DNA from: an uncultured delta proteobacterium
GTDB lineage: Bacteria > Desulfobacterota > Binatia > Binatales > Binataceae
Direction: 5' to 3'
Length of the DNA stretch: 64,000 bases
Assembly: GCA_963724765.1 (NCBI GenBank)
Contig: CAVRVY010000004.1
Coordinates: 64,001-128,000 of the forward strand
Shown here: piece by piece, positions 7,738 through 18,129 of the stretch
How the letters are laid out: every line of letters starts with the position of its first letter
Position numbering within the stretch: position 1 is the stretch's first letter
Notes under the pieces: model-generated
Told to the model about the DNA's origin: nothing
What the model saw: only the letters and a program-made list of their open reading frames with translations
Databases searched by the model: none
Position numbers and translations under genes: made by a program

Positions 7738-8502
7738 TCAGTCTTCTCCGCCAACTGCTCCATCAAGTTCGTCGAGCGCGCCGGCTGCGATGCTGAGCGC
7801 GGCGAGCGCCGCGGTCTCGCTGCGCAGTCGCCGCCCACCCAGTCCCGCGGGGAGGAAACCGGCCGCGCGCACTGTCGCCAGCTCCTCGTCCGTAAAATCG
7901 CCCTCCGGCCCGCAGAGCAGCAGCAGCGCGCGCTTGCGGGCCTCGCGCAAGATCGCGCTCAAAGCCGGCGCGCCCGCGCTCAGAACCACGCAAAGCCTGC
8001 CCTCGTTGAGCCGCCGGATCAAGTCTCCCAGCTTAAGCGGCGCGATGACCTCGGTTGGACGCGGCGCCAGGCTCTGCTTGGCCGCCGCGGTCGCGAGCCG
8101 GCGCCATCGCGCGAGCCGCTCGCCGCCGACCTCGCGCACGACCCCTCGCTCGCACAGCACCGGCCATAGTTCCGCCGCACCCAGTTCGGCGGCCTTCTCG
8201 ACCAGGAAATCCATCCGCGGCCCCTTGATCACCGCCGCGGCCAGGACAAGGCCTGCGGTGGCTTGCGGGCGCGAGCGCTGCGCGGCGGCGATTTCGACCA
8301 CCGCGTGCCGCGCCTGGAAACTGCGGATCGTGCCCGCGTACTCCGCGCCGCACTCGTCGAACAGCGCGACCTCGGCTCCGGGCGCGAGGCGCATCACGTC
8401 GCGCATATGATGAAGTTCCGCGCCGCCGACCAGCGCGACCGCACCCTCGATCGTCGCCGACGATATCGCAAACCTCATCGGCAACCTGGCCGCCCGCTTC
8501 AT
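7738..8502 (-). CDS. rsmE: 16S rRNA m3U1498 methyltransferase
   Basis: HH..VMRL, EKAAELG, GPEGDF, LG.R.LRSETA; ATGA overlap with prmA stop. Confidence 0.93.
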   Translation of the reverse strand: MKRAARLPMRFAISSATIEGAVALVGGAELHHMRDVMRLAPGAEVALFDECGAEYAGTIRSFQARHAVVEIAAAQRSRPQATAGLVLAAAVIKGPRMDFLVEKAAELGAAELWPVLCERGVVREVGGERLARWRRLATAAAKQSLAPRPTEVIAPLKLGDLIRRLNEGRLCVVLSAGAPALSAILREARKRALLLLCGPEGDFTDEELATVRAAGFLPAGLGGRRLRSETAALAALSIAAGALDELDGAVGGED

Positions 8503-9410
8503 CGCGTCAGCACCAGCGTGCTCCATCCGCGATCGCGCCGCATGGAGAGGCATCGCAGGCGCGGCCCGTAACTGCTGAGCACCGCGGCCGCCTCGCGATT
8601 GAGGATTCCGCCCAGCACCAGGCGGCCGCGGCGCGCCAGCAGCCGCGTCAGCGCGCTCCCCATCGCGATCAAAGTTGAGCTAAGGATGTTGGCCGTGATC
8701 AGGTCGAAGCGCCGGCGCAGCCGCGCCAGCGGCGTGGTGGCGAAACGGATTTTACCGCCGGCGAGCGAATTGAGCGCCGCGTTCTCGCGCGCGTTCTCCA
8801 GCGCCAGCGCGTCGATATCGATCGCGCTCACCTCCGCGACGCCCATCAGGCGCATCGCAATCGCGAGCACACCCGAGCCCGTGCCGACGTCGAGCGCCTG
8901 CTCAAAGTGCCGCGTTGCGCAAAGCTTCTCGAGCGTCGCGAGTGCGCCATAGGTCGTAGGATGATGCCCGGTGCCAAAGGCCTGTCCGGGATTGATCACC
9001 AGCCTCAGGCGGCGCGTAGCAACATTGGAGTTCCATGGCGGAACGATCAGCAGGCGGCGTCCCACCGGCAGCGGCTCGAAACGATCCATCCATGCGGTCG
9101 CCCATCCAGGATCCGCGATGAGCTGGCGAGGCGGCGTCGAGCCGGGACGCGCGAGCATTCCGGCCGCCGCCATCGCACGCCGAATCGTCGCGAGCCCCGG
9201 GCGGCTTAGCCGCTCGAAATACGCCTTTAGTTCCAGCGTCGCGTGGCGATGCGCGCTGCGATGGTCGCCGCCGACCGCGCATCCCAGCGCTCCTTGCGCG
9301 ACCAGCACCGCGGCCGCATCGTCGACCATCGCGGCCGGAATCGCGAAAGCGACTTGCACGTATTTGCGGGCGGCAAGTGTGGCGATATTGGTATTAGCGA
9401 TACGGGTCAT
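8499..9410 (-). CDS. prmA: Ribosomal protein L11 methyltransferase
   Basis: INPGQAFGTGHHPTT, LDVGTGSGVLAI, ANIL. Confidence 0.93.
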   Translation of the reverse strand: MTRIANTNIATLAARKYVQVAFAIPAAMVDDAAAVLVAQGALGCAVGGDHRSAHRHATLELKAYFERLSRPGLATIRRAMAAAGMLARPGSTPPRQLIADPGWATAWMDRFEPLPVGRRLLIVPPWNSNVATRRLRLVINPGQAFGTGHHPTTYGALATLEKLCATRHFEQALDVGTGSGVLAIAMRLMGVAEVSAIDIDALALENARENAALNSLAGGKIRFATTPLARLRRRFDLITANILSSTLIAMGSALTRLLARRGRLVLGGILNREAAAVLSSYGPRLRCLSMRRDRGWSTLVLTR

Positions 9411-9583
9411 CGTACTTAGCCTCAAGCATAGGGGTCGTCGCGCGGCTTGACGAGTGGGGGAACTGCCGGTCAAGAGCACTGCCTGTGGAGAGGAGGCGCG
9501 GGCGGATTTGCCCGTCACGATGCGCCGCGGATAAACTCGTTTGCAATGAAGGCGGCTTGGCTGGGTCTGTGGTGGCGCATACG

Positions 9584-10309
9584 ATGCTGACGATCGCGCA
9601 TCGGGGAGCCAGCGCTTTTTATCCTGAAAACACCCTGCGCGCATTCATCGCCGCCGCCGACATCGGCGCCGATATGTGCGAGTTCGACGTGCGGATGACT
9701 CGCGATGGCGAAGTCGTGGTGATTCATGATGCTACCGTTAACCGCACTACAGACGGGCGCGGCCCGGTCGCCGCGATGAGCGCGGCGGCGATCAAACGTT
9801 TGGACGCCGGAGTGCGCTTCGGCGCGAAATTTCGCGGCGAGCGCATCCCAATGCTTGCGGAAGTCACCCAAGCGCTCGCCGGACGATGTGGCCGACCATG
9901 TGGGCGACGATGTGGGATGGACGTGGAACTCAAGACGCGCGGTCTCGAGACGCGCGTGTGCGAAATCATTCGCGGGTGCGGCGCGCTTGAAAGCGCAATA
10001 GTATCGAGCTTCGATTGGGATCAGCTCAAGATAGTGGCTGAGGCAGAGCCGGCGATGCGCCTGGCGCTGCTCGGCGAGAAAGCTCCGGCCGCGATGCTCG
10101 ACGCCGCCTTTGCGATGCATGCCTTCGCGATCGCGCCGCGATTCGATATTGCGGACGCCGCGCTTTGCGCCGAGGCACATCGCCGCGGCCTTGCGGTTTA
10201 CGTATGGACGGTCGACGACGTACCCGCGATACGCCGGCTCGCCGCCGCCGGCGTTGATGGAATCATGACCAACAACCCCAAGCGGCTTCGCGAGGTAGTG
10301 GCGGCCTGA
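9584..10309 (+). CDS. Glycerophosphodiester phosphodiesterase family protein
   Basis: IAHRGAS..PENT, EFDV..TRDG...HD, WTVDD, GVDGIMTN. Confidence 0.92.
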   Translation: MLTIAHRGASAFYPENTLRAFIAAADIGADMCEFDVRMTRDGEVVVIHDATVNRTTDGRGPVAAMSAAAIKRLDAGVRFGAKFRGERIPMLAEVTQALAGRCGRPCGRRCGMDVELKTRGLETRVCEIIRGCGALESAIVSSFDWDQLKIVAEAEPAMRLALLGEKAPAAMLDAAFAMHAFAIAPRFDIADAALCAEAHRRGLAVYVWTVDDVPAIRRLAAAGVDGIMTNNPKRLREVVAA

Positions 10310-12069
10310 TGGCCCGTTTCTCCGACGACAAGCTCGAAGAGGTCCGCACCCGCGCGGACATCGTCGAGGTGATCGGCGCGCACGTGCGGCTCAAGCGCGC
10401 CGGACGCAACTTCGTCGGGCTTTGCCCGTTCCACAACGAAAAAACGCCGTCGTTTTCGGTCAACCCGGAGCGCGGATTTTTTCATTGTTTCGGCTGCGGC
10501 GCGGGCGGAACCGTGTTCAACTTCGTGATGCGGACCGAGGGACTGAACTTTCCCGAGGCGATCGAGTCGCTCGCGCGCCGCTATGGCGTGACGCTGCCCG
10601 AGCGCGGTGGCGAAGCTGGGCCCGGCGCGGGCGAGCGCGAGGCCGCCTTGCGCGCCAATCAGACCGCGGCCGATTTTTTCGTCCACGTCTTGTGGAAAAC
10701 GCCCGACGGTGCCGCGGCCCGCGACTACCTGGCCGCGCGCGGGGTGGCGGCAGAGACCGCGCGCACGTTCGGGCTTGGATTCGCGCCCGAGCGGCCGGCC
10801 AACCTTGCGCGCGCGCTGGATAAGCGTGGATTGCTGGCGGCGGCGGTGCGTCTGGGCCTGGTCAAGCAGGACGGCGCGGGAACGCGCGACATGTTTCGCG
10901 GACGGTTGATGTTCCCGATTCGCGACGGGCAAGGCCGGGTGCTCGCATTCGGCGGCCGAGTGCTCGATCAGCGCCTACCGAAATACATCAACTCGCCTGA
11001 ATCGCCGCTCTACTCCAAGTCGCGCAATGTCTACGGTTTGTATGAGGCGCGCGCGGCGATCGCCAGCGCCGACCGCGCGATCGTGGTCGAGGGTTACCTC
11101 GACGCGATCGCGGTGTGGCAGGCGGGCTTCAAGGAGACGGTCGCGAGCCTCGGCACGGCGCTGACGGTCGATCAACTCCGGCTGGTTGGACGCCATACGC
11201 GCAACGTGCTGGCCTGCTTCGACGGCGACGCGGCGGGGCGCAAGGCCTCGCTGCGAGCGCTCGAGATTTTTCTCGCGGCTGGGCTGCTGGGGCGGGGAAT
11301 TTTCATCCCGCCCGGCTTCGATCCCGATACTTTCATCAAGGAACGCGGCGCGCAGGCGTTCGCGGAACTTATCGCGTCGGCGAATTTGCTAGTCGATTAT
11401 TTCCTTGCCGAGCAAGCGGCGGCAGCGCGCGGATCGCTGGAAGCGCGCGCGCGCGCCGCCGCGACGGTGGCTGAGGTCCTGAAGGCCGTACACAACGCGT
11501 TCGAGTTCGACCTGCTGGCGCGCAAGGCCGCCGACGCGCTGGGCGTCGGCGAGGAGCTGCTGCGCGCCGAGGCGCACCGTCCGGCGCGCGGCGGCGCGGT
11601 TGGCGCCGAGGCGCGCGGAACGAAAGAAGCGCAGCGGCCGACCTCGTCGGCCGGCGCGGGCGACGGCGCGACGGCCGCCGAAGTCGGGCTGCTCGCCATA
11701 GCGCTGCTGCATCCGGAGTTGCGCGGCGAGATCGCCGCGCACGCCGCGCTGCTCGAGGACGCGGCCATCGCCGCGGTGCTCGGCGAAGTGTGCGCATCGC
11801 AGGAACCGGCCGCCGTGCTCGAAATGCGCGTCGCCGAGCGGCTCGGCGACGCGCAGCGCTCGCGGCTGAGCGCGCTCGCCGTCGGGCCGCTGATCGAAAC
11901 GGCGGCGCAAGCGCGCGCGCTCGCGCGCGATTTCGCCGAGGCGCTCGCGCGCCGGCGTCAGCAGCGCGCGATGGAGACCACGCGCCGGGCCGCTGCGAGT
12001 GCGGGCAGCGATGATGAAGCGATGGCGGCCGCGCAGCAGATGATTGCACTTCGGCGGCGTGGAGGATGA
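10309..12069 (+). CDS. dnaG: DNA primase
   Basis: CPFH.EKTPSF..CFGC zinc finger, FGGR, KYINSPE, Toprim VEGYLD and FDGDAAG. Confidence 0.97.
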   Translation: MARFSDDKLEEVRTRADIVEVIGAHVRLKRAGRNFVGLCPFHNEKTPSFSVNPERGFFHCFGCGAGGTVFNFVMRTEGLNFPEAIESLARRYGVTLPERGGEAGPGAGEREAALRANQTAADFFVHVLWKTPDGAAARDYLAARGVAAETARTFGLGFAPERPANLARALDKRGLLAAAVRLGLVKQDGAGTRDMFRGRLMFPIRDGQGRVLAFGGRVLDQRLPKYINSPESPLYSKSRNVYGLYEARAAIASADRAIVVEGYLDAIAVWQAGFKETVASLGTALTVDQLRLVGRHTRNVLACFDGDAAGRKASLRALEIFLAAGLLGRGIFIPPGFDPDTFIKERGAQAFAELIASANLLVDYFLAEQAAAARGSLEARARAAATVAEVLKAVHNAFEFDLLARKAADALGVGEELLRAEAHRPARGGAVGAEARGTKEAQRPTSSAGAGDGATAAEVGLLAIALLHPELRGEIAAHAALLEDAAIAAVLGEVCASQEPAAVLEMRVAERLGDAQRSRLSALAVGPLIETAAQARALARDFAEALARRRQQRAMETTRRAAASAGSDDEAMAAAQQMIALRRRGG

Positions 12070-12096
12070 CGCGGAGGATGAGATCATGTGGAGAAC

Positions 12097-12138
12097 GAGA
12101 TGTGGATGATGAGATGTGGATGATGAGATGTGGATGAC
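12097..12138 (+). repeat. Tandem repeat, 14 bp x3 (GAGATGTGGATGAT)
   Basis: Directly visible downstream of dnaG. Confidence 0.9.
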
Positions 12139-12265
12139 GAGGACGAGCGGCGCAGCGGCGCGCGTGAAAGCGTTGCATCGCGCTAGTCAAGTATAATGAT
12201 GCCGGGGACTCTTTAATTTGTGACGCGAAACTTGGTACGATGGTGATTGCACGATGCGCTCGCGA

Positions 12266-12341
12266 GGGCCCATAGCTCAGTCCGGTTTAGAGCTGCCGGC
12301 TCATAACCGGCTGGTCCCAGGTTCAAATCCTGGTGGGCCCA
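12266..12341 (+). tRNA. tRNA with CAT anticodon, most likely tRNA-Ile2 (lysidine type)
   Basis: GGGCCCA acceptor stem, CTCATAA loop, GGTTCAAATCC T-arm; no encoded CCA; position downstream of dnaG typical of ileX. Confidence 0.9.
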
Positions 12342-12451
12342 TATCATCAACAAGTGAGAAGATTTTTTGGCCGAAGCGAGCAATGCGCGCGATAGTCCTT
12401 GTGGGCGCGCATCACAGCGCATGAATCGGCCGACAGCAAACGGAGGCAGAA

Positions 12452-13156
12452 TTGCGTGAAGAGATAGCCCGGTTAATGAGTTTGCAGACCATCGACCGGC
12501 AGTTGCACGAGCTCGGGCAATCATTGTCTTCGGTCGCGGAGCGCGTCGAGCAGCTCCGCGGCGAGATCGAAACCTCTCAGGCCGAACTAGACCGACTCAC
12601 CGAGGAAGACCAGCAGGCGGCGACAGCGCGCCGCCTGCTCGAACGCGAACTCGCTGATGGTGAGGCGCAGATCCGCAACAAGCGGATGCGCTTGAACCTG
12701 GTGCGCAACGACAAGGAGTTGCAGGCGCTCGGCCACGAGGTCGAGTCGCTCAAGGAAAACAACCAGCGCCTGGAAAGCGAAGTGCTGGCCTCGATGCAGG
12801 CGGCCGAGCCGCGCACCCCGCGAATAAAGGAATTGACCGAACTCATCGCGGGTAAGCGCACGGAGCTCAAGGCGGCCGAGAAAGAGATCGCGGCCGAGGT
12901 CGAGGAGCTGAAGATGTCGATTCAGCGTCAGCGCGTCGAGCGCGACCGCGCGGCCGCTTCGATCGACGACGTGCTGCTGCAGCGCTACCAGATGATCTTC
13001 AGCCGGCGCGGCGGGCTCGCGGTCGCGATGGCGAGGTCAGGCACCTGCCAGGGCTGCCGGATGCGGCTGCCGCCACAGCTCTACAACGAGATCCAGAAAC
13101 ATCTTCAGATCCACTTCTGCCCCAACTGCCAGCGCATCCTCTACTACGAGGGCTGA
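12452..13156 (+). CDS. Coiled-coil C4-type zinc-ribbon domain protein (CT398/DUF164-like)
   Basis: Long coiled coil plus C-terminal CQGC...CPNCQRIL; usual neighbour of rnpB. Confidence 0.9.
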   Translation: MREEIARLMSLQTIDRQLHELGQSLSSVAERVEQLRGEIETSQAELDRLTEEDQQAATARRLLERELADGEAQIRNKRMRLNLVRNDKELQALGHEVESLKENNQRLESEVLASMQAAEPRTPRIKELTELIAGKRTELKAAEKEIAAEVEELKMSIQRQRVERDRAAASIDDVLLQRYQMIFSRRGGLAVAMARSGTCQGCRMRLPPQLYNEIQKHLQIHFCPNCQRILYYEG

Positions 13157-13222
13157 TCCGTCAGCTCTGGGCCGGATTTGGGCGTGGCGGCCGTATCGCG
13201 CAGCCGTGCTAAGATCGCCGCT

Positions 13223-13552
<330 letters not shown>

Positions 13553-13562
<10 letters not shown>

Positions 13563-14821
13563 ATTCGACCAATTTCGCCGTCTGACTTTTTGCCGTCGCG
13601 CAGACCGCGCCTGAGCGGCGCGCGCCCCTTGGGCGCCGCGGCGGCGTTCGCGCCGCGCGCCGATCGCGCCACAATCGCCTGCGGCGTGACCAGAAAATTC
13701 GCGAGCCGACCCAGCGCGGCGAGGCTGGGAGTGCCCGGCCGGATTTCCGGCGCGAACGCGACCTTCACGCGCGGCGGCAATCCCTCGACGAAGCGGCTCA
13801 CGCGACAGATATCCTCCTCGGCGCACGCCCGATAGGTCTCCAGGTAGGCTAGCGCCGCGGCCACGCCGTCATCGACGGCGCCATCCGCCTCCAGCGCCGC
13901 CCTAAGCCGGTGAATTTCATCGAGCGCACCGTCGTGTATGGATTCGCGGCAGATCGCTTCGTCGAGAAAGCGGTTGATCACGATCGCGCCGAGATGAAGC
14001 CCCTCGGACTCCATCTTGTCGATAACCTTGCGCGCCTGGCGCAGCCGATCGGGCTCGGCGGTGGTGACCAGTACGAAACGCACGGCAGGCGAGCGCAGCA
14101 GCGCGGAGACCTTTCGCATCCGGGCGGCGATCCGTTCCGCCGCGCCGGCGGTGGCGGCAAAGAAGTCTGCGATGGAAGAGAGCGTGTGGCCGCCGGCGAA
14201 GCGCTCCAACTCACGCGCGACGTAGCTCGTGATGCGCCCGGCCAGCCTGAGCGCCAGCGAAGCCGGCCGCCCCGCCGGCTTGAGCAGCCATCGCGCCGCC
14301 TGCGAGTCGAGCAGCCGTATCAGACGCGCCGGCGCCTGCACGAACTCAAAGGCTTGCGCGGCGGGGGGAGTATCAACGACCTCGAGATCGAAATGGCCCG
14401 CGACGTGAAGATCGTGGAGCGCCTCCAGCGCGGCGTAGGCGTCGGAGCCGGCGAACCGGGTGCTGAGACTCTGATAAAAGGCGTTGTCGAAAATGCGCTT
14501 GCGGATGGCCGGGTCGGTCACGTGCTCGGCCACCATCGCGTCCCATTCGCCCTTCACGTCGAGCACCATCGCGCTGAGCTTGAGCGCGGGATCGAGACCG
14601 GCGGCACGCAGGCGGCGCGCGTCGATCCGCGTCTGCTTGCCGCCCAGGCGCGCCAATCCAAGCGCTTCGCGCAGCCGGCGCGCCGGGTCGACCGTGATGA
14701 CCGCGGTGCGCAGATGGGTGGCCGCGGCGGCGAGGCCTAGGGCGGCGGCGATAGTGGTTTTGCCAACTCCGCCGGAGCCCAGGACGACCAGGACGGAGCG
14801 CGGTTTGAGCAATTCCTTCAC
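13553..14821 (-). CDS. ArsA/Get3-like ATPase
   Basis: GSGGVGKTT deviant Walker A, TVDPARRL, VVDTPP. Confidence 0.9.
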
Positions 14822-14904
14822 GGGTTGCGGCGCGTCCGCAGAGCACCGCGGACGTCACGCGCCAAAATAGCAGAACCCACTGATGCAACGCGCTATGCAC
14901 GAAG

Positions 14905-14954
14905 CTGTGCGAACGGAACCTGTGCGAACGGAACCTGTGCGAACGGAACCTGTG
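14905..14954 (+). repeat. Tandem repeat, 15 bp x3.3 (CTGTGCGAACGGAAC)
   Basis: Directly visible in the divergent intergenic region. Confidence 0.92.
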
Positions 14955-15055
14955 GATGACGTTTCCAGGTCTAATTGGACGCCGGTGCGGCGCGGCGGAT
15001 ATTATCATCAAGGCTGCGCCGGCGTGGGGGCTCAGCACCTGGGGGAGGGTAGCGC

Positions 15056-16267
15056 ATGGAATTGCTGGCGGCTGTGATCGTGGCGATGGCGGTGGGTGCG
15101 ATAGTCGCCTGGCTTGCCGCCGCCCGCCGCTGGGAAGGCAAGGTGCGCGAGGCCGAAGTGCGGATGGAGGAGCGCGAGCGTGGCTTCTCCGAGCAGAAGG
15201 CGCTGCTCGAAAGCTCGGAGCGCAAGCTCGCCGACACCTTCAAGTCGCTCGCGGCCGACGCGCTGGAGGCCGCCAACCACAGTTTCCTGACGCTCGCCGA
15301 TCAAAAGCTCGGCTCGGTGGTCGGTCCGGTAAACGAATCGCTGGGCAAGCTCGACCGCGAAATCCGCGAAATTGAGGGGGCGCGCCGCCAGGCCTACGGC
15401 GCGCTCGGCGAGCAGATAAGTTCTCTCATCACCGCGCAGAAGGAGTTGCGCTCGGAGGCTTCCAACCTCTCGCGCGCACTGCGTGCGCCGTCGGTGCGCG
15501 GGCGCTGGGGCGAGATTCAGCTCAAACGGGTGGTCGAAATGGCCGGAATGCTGGAGCGCTGCGATTTTTTCCAACAGGACAGCGCGGCCGGCGACGACGG
15601 CAAGCTGCGCCCCGACTTGCGCGTGCAGTTGCCCGGCGCCAAGAACATCATCGTCGACGCCAAGGTTCCGCTGCAGGCCTACCTCGAAGCGCTCGAAGCG
15701 CCGACCGAGGAAGCGCGCCAGGAAAAGCTCAAACAGCACGCGCAGCAAGTGCGCGCGCACATGATTGCGCTCGGCTCCAAGAACTACTGGGACCAGTTTC
15801 AGCCCACGCCCGAGTTCGTGATCCTGTTTTTGCCGGGCGAGCCGTTCTTCAGCGCCGCGTTGGAGCAGGACCCCTCTCTGATCGAGCAGGGCGTCGCGCA
15901 GCGCGTGATTCTCGCTACACCGACGACGCTGATTTCGCTCTTGCGCGCGGTGTCCTATGGATGGCGCCAGGAGCAGTTGGCGGAAAATGCGCAACGCATC
16001 AGCGAGATGGCGCGCGAGCTCGCAGACCGGTTCGCCACGATGGTCGAGCACCTACGGCGCGTCGGCACTTCGTTGAAGTCATCGGTGGGCGCGTTCAACG
16101 ACGCGGTGGGATCGTTCGAGGGCCGCGTGATGCCGTGGGCGCGCCGCTTTCGCGAACTTGGTGTGGTCGGCAAGAAGGAGTTGGGCGAACTCGAGAAGAT
16201 CGACCTCGTGCCGCGCGAACCGGCCACCGCCCTGGAGGAGCGGCCCGAGACGGCCGCGGCGAAGTAA
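15056..16267 (+). CDS. rmuC: DNA recombination protein RmuC
   Basis: RGRWGEIQL, RPD..V.LP, VDAKVPL, FVILFLPGE, ATPTTLI. Confidence 0.95.
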   Translation: MELLAAVIVAMAVGAIVAWLAAARRWEGKVREAEVRMEERERGFSEQKALLESSERKLADTFKSLAADALEAANHSFLTLADQKLGSVVGPVNESLGKLDREIREIEGARRQAYGALGEQISSLITAQKELRSEASNLSRALRAPSVRGRWGEIQLKRVVEMAGMLERCDFFQQDSAAGDDGKLRPDLRVQLPGAKNIIVDAKVPLQAYLEALEAPTEEARQEKLKQHAQQVRAHMIALGSKNYWDQFQPTPEFVILFLPGEPFFSAALEQDPSLIEQGVAQRVILATPTTLISLLRAVSYGWRQEQLAENAQRISEMARELADRFATMVEHLRRVGTSLKSSVGAFNDAVGSFEGRVMPWARRFRELGVVGKKELGELEKIDLVPREPATALEERPETAAAK

Positions 16268-16286
16268 TGTGGCGCGCGCGCAAGGG

Positions 16287-17528
16287 CTAAGGCGGCTGTT
16301 CCATGTTGGAGGGCGGGGGCGGCTTGAGCTGGCTGCGCTCGTGGCCTTCGGCGATCCAGGCCTCGACCTCGCGCCGTTCGTGGGTCAGGAAGTTGGCGAT
16401 CGCGCGGCGCAAGCCGTCGTGCGCGATGTAGTGGGCGCTATGCGTGAGCGCGGGGTCGAAGCCGCGCAGCCACTTGTACTCGCCGCCGGCGCCCGGCTCG
16501 AAGCGCGCGATTCCGTTGGCGATGCAATGCTCGATGGCCGCGTAGTAGCAGACGTTGAAGTGCAGGTACTTCAGGTCTTCGAAGCATCCCCAGTAACGCC
16601 CGTAGAGCACGCCGGACTTCTGCAGGTTGAAGGTCCCGGCCACCAGCTTGCGACCGCGATAAGCGCAGACCAGGCAGACGTAGCGCTTGAAACGCTCGCG
16701 CATCTCAGTGAAGAACTCGCGCGTCAGGTAACGGCGGCCCCAGTAAAGTTTCTCGATCGTGGAGAGGTAGAGATCGAACATCGGGCCGAAGATGGTGTCA
16801 GGAATATCCTCGCCCGCGTGCACCTTGATGGTCACGCCCTGGGCGGTCAGCGCGGCCCGCTCGTGGCGTACGGCGTAGCGGCGCTTGCTCTTGAGCGCTC
16901 CCAGGTAGTCGTCGAAAGTGGCGAAGCCGGTGTTGCGCCAATGATATTGATAGCCGAGGCGTTCCAGGAAACCGAGATCGCGCAGCGCCGCCGCCTCGTC
17001 GGCGAGGCAGAAGTTGACATGCACCGAGGAGAGCTTGTTGTCCGCGCAGAGCTGGGTCAGCGCGCGTCCCAGCGCTGCGACCAACGGCGCGCGCGCGATA
17101 CCGGGCGCGGTGAGAAAGCGTCGTCCGCCATGCGGCGTAAACGGAACTCCCGCCAGCAGCTTGGGATAGTAGCGAATGCCGCTGCGCTCGGCCGCGTCAG
17201 CCCATCCCTGGTCGAACACGAACTCGCCCATGCTGTGCCCCTTGAGGTAGAGCGGGCAGGCCGCGATGAGCGTTTTGCCGCGATGGATCGTCAAGTGGCA
17301 CGGGCCCCATCCGCTGGCCCGCACCGCACTCCTGGAGTTCTCCATCGCGAACAGCCAGTCCCAATCGACGAAGGGGCTGTCGTCCTCGGCCAGCAGCGCG
17401 TTCCAGTCCTCGCGAGCGATGCGATCGATTCCTTCGACGACGACGACTTCGATCGTCGCCGCATCCGGACTCGCTTGGCGAACCGTCGTGCCCTTGGCCA
17501 TCGTGTCCTTGTGGTCGTGCCGTGCCAT
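16287..17528 (-). CDS. GNAT/FemAB-like protein (DUF482 family)
   Basis: KGHSMGEFVFDQGWA, YYPKL...VPFTP, LYGRYWG, LHFNVCYY, FEPGAGGE. Confidence 0.9.
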   Translation of the reverse strand: MARHDHKDTMAKGTTVRQASPDAATIEVVVVEGIDRIAREDWNALLAEDDSPFVDWDWLFAMENSRSAVRASGWGPCHLTIHRGKTLIAACPLYLKGHSMGEFVFDQGWADAAERSGIRYYPKLLAGVPFTPHGGRRFLTAPGIARAPLVAALGRALTQLCADNKLSSVHVNFCLADEAAALRDLGFLERLGYQYHWRNTGFATFDDYLGALKSKRRYAVRHERAALTAQGVTIKVHAGEDIPDTIFGPMFDLYLSTIEKLYWGRRYLTREFFTEMRERFKRYVCLVCAYRGRKLVAGTFNLQKSGVLYGRYWGCFEDLKYLHFNVCYYAAIEHCIANGIARFEPGAGGEYKWLRGFDPALTHSAHYIAHDGLRRAIANFLTHERREVEAWIAEGHERSQLKPPPPSNMEQPP

Positions 17529-17628
17529 CGGAGCTATGGGCGAGCTTAGCCGTGCCGGAAGCCGCCGCAAAGGGGCTCGCGTCCGGCGCTCCCATGAGCA
17601 TGCGCCGATTTGCTATTCTATATGAGAG

Positions 17629-18024
17629 ATGAGCGACGAAGTTTTACGGCGAGCAGTGCGAGCGCGCAAGCGCGAAGACAAGCACGACGATGATGGCGTC
17701 GGCGGCGGCGCCCGTCCGCCCGATGGCGACACGGTCGTCGAGCGGCGCACGCGGCCCGAGACCCGCACCAAAAAGCCGCCGATGTACAAGGTCGTTCTGC
17801 TCAACGACGACTACACTCCGATGGAGTTCGTGGTCGAGATATTGAAGGTTGTGTTTCATAAGCAGCACGCCGAGGCGACCAGGATCATGCTGCACGTGCA
17901 TCAGAACGGGATGGGCGTGGCGGGCGTGTTTCCGTACGAGATCGCCGAAACCAAGGTGCGCACCGTGGACGAACTGGCGCGCCAGAGCGAATTCCCGCTG
18001 AAATGCGTGATGGAGAAAGCTTAG
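17629..18024 (+). CDS. clpS: ATP-dependent Clp protease adaptor ClpS
   Basis: [20 protein letters not shown]...IAETK...FPLKC. Confidence 0.97.
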   Translation: MSDEVLRRAVRARKREDKHDDDGVGGGARPPDGDTVVERRTRPETRTKKPPMYKVVLLNDDYTPMEFVVEILKVVFHKQHAEATRIMLHVHQNGMGVAGVFPYEIAETKVRTVDELARQSEFPLKCVMEKA

Positions 18025-18129
18025 ACGGCGCGATCAATTATGATGATTATCTGGTTTTAGTGATTACTTTGGAGATTATGCCAAGTAGAAAGGATTGTGG
18101 CCGGAGCGGTCACCCACAGGAGTCGGCGG

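Noticed and set aside
6592-8169. Long alternative-frame ORFs (525 aa here; also 18076-20286, 44130-45716, 51065-52714, 56513-58273)
   Set aside because: Shadow ORFs on the opposite strand or frame of well-supported genes in high-GC DNA; no motifs
12097-12138. Short repeats here and at 14905-14954 as possible CRISPR arrays
   Set aside because: Head-to-tail tandem units with no spacers and no cas genes
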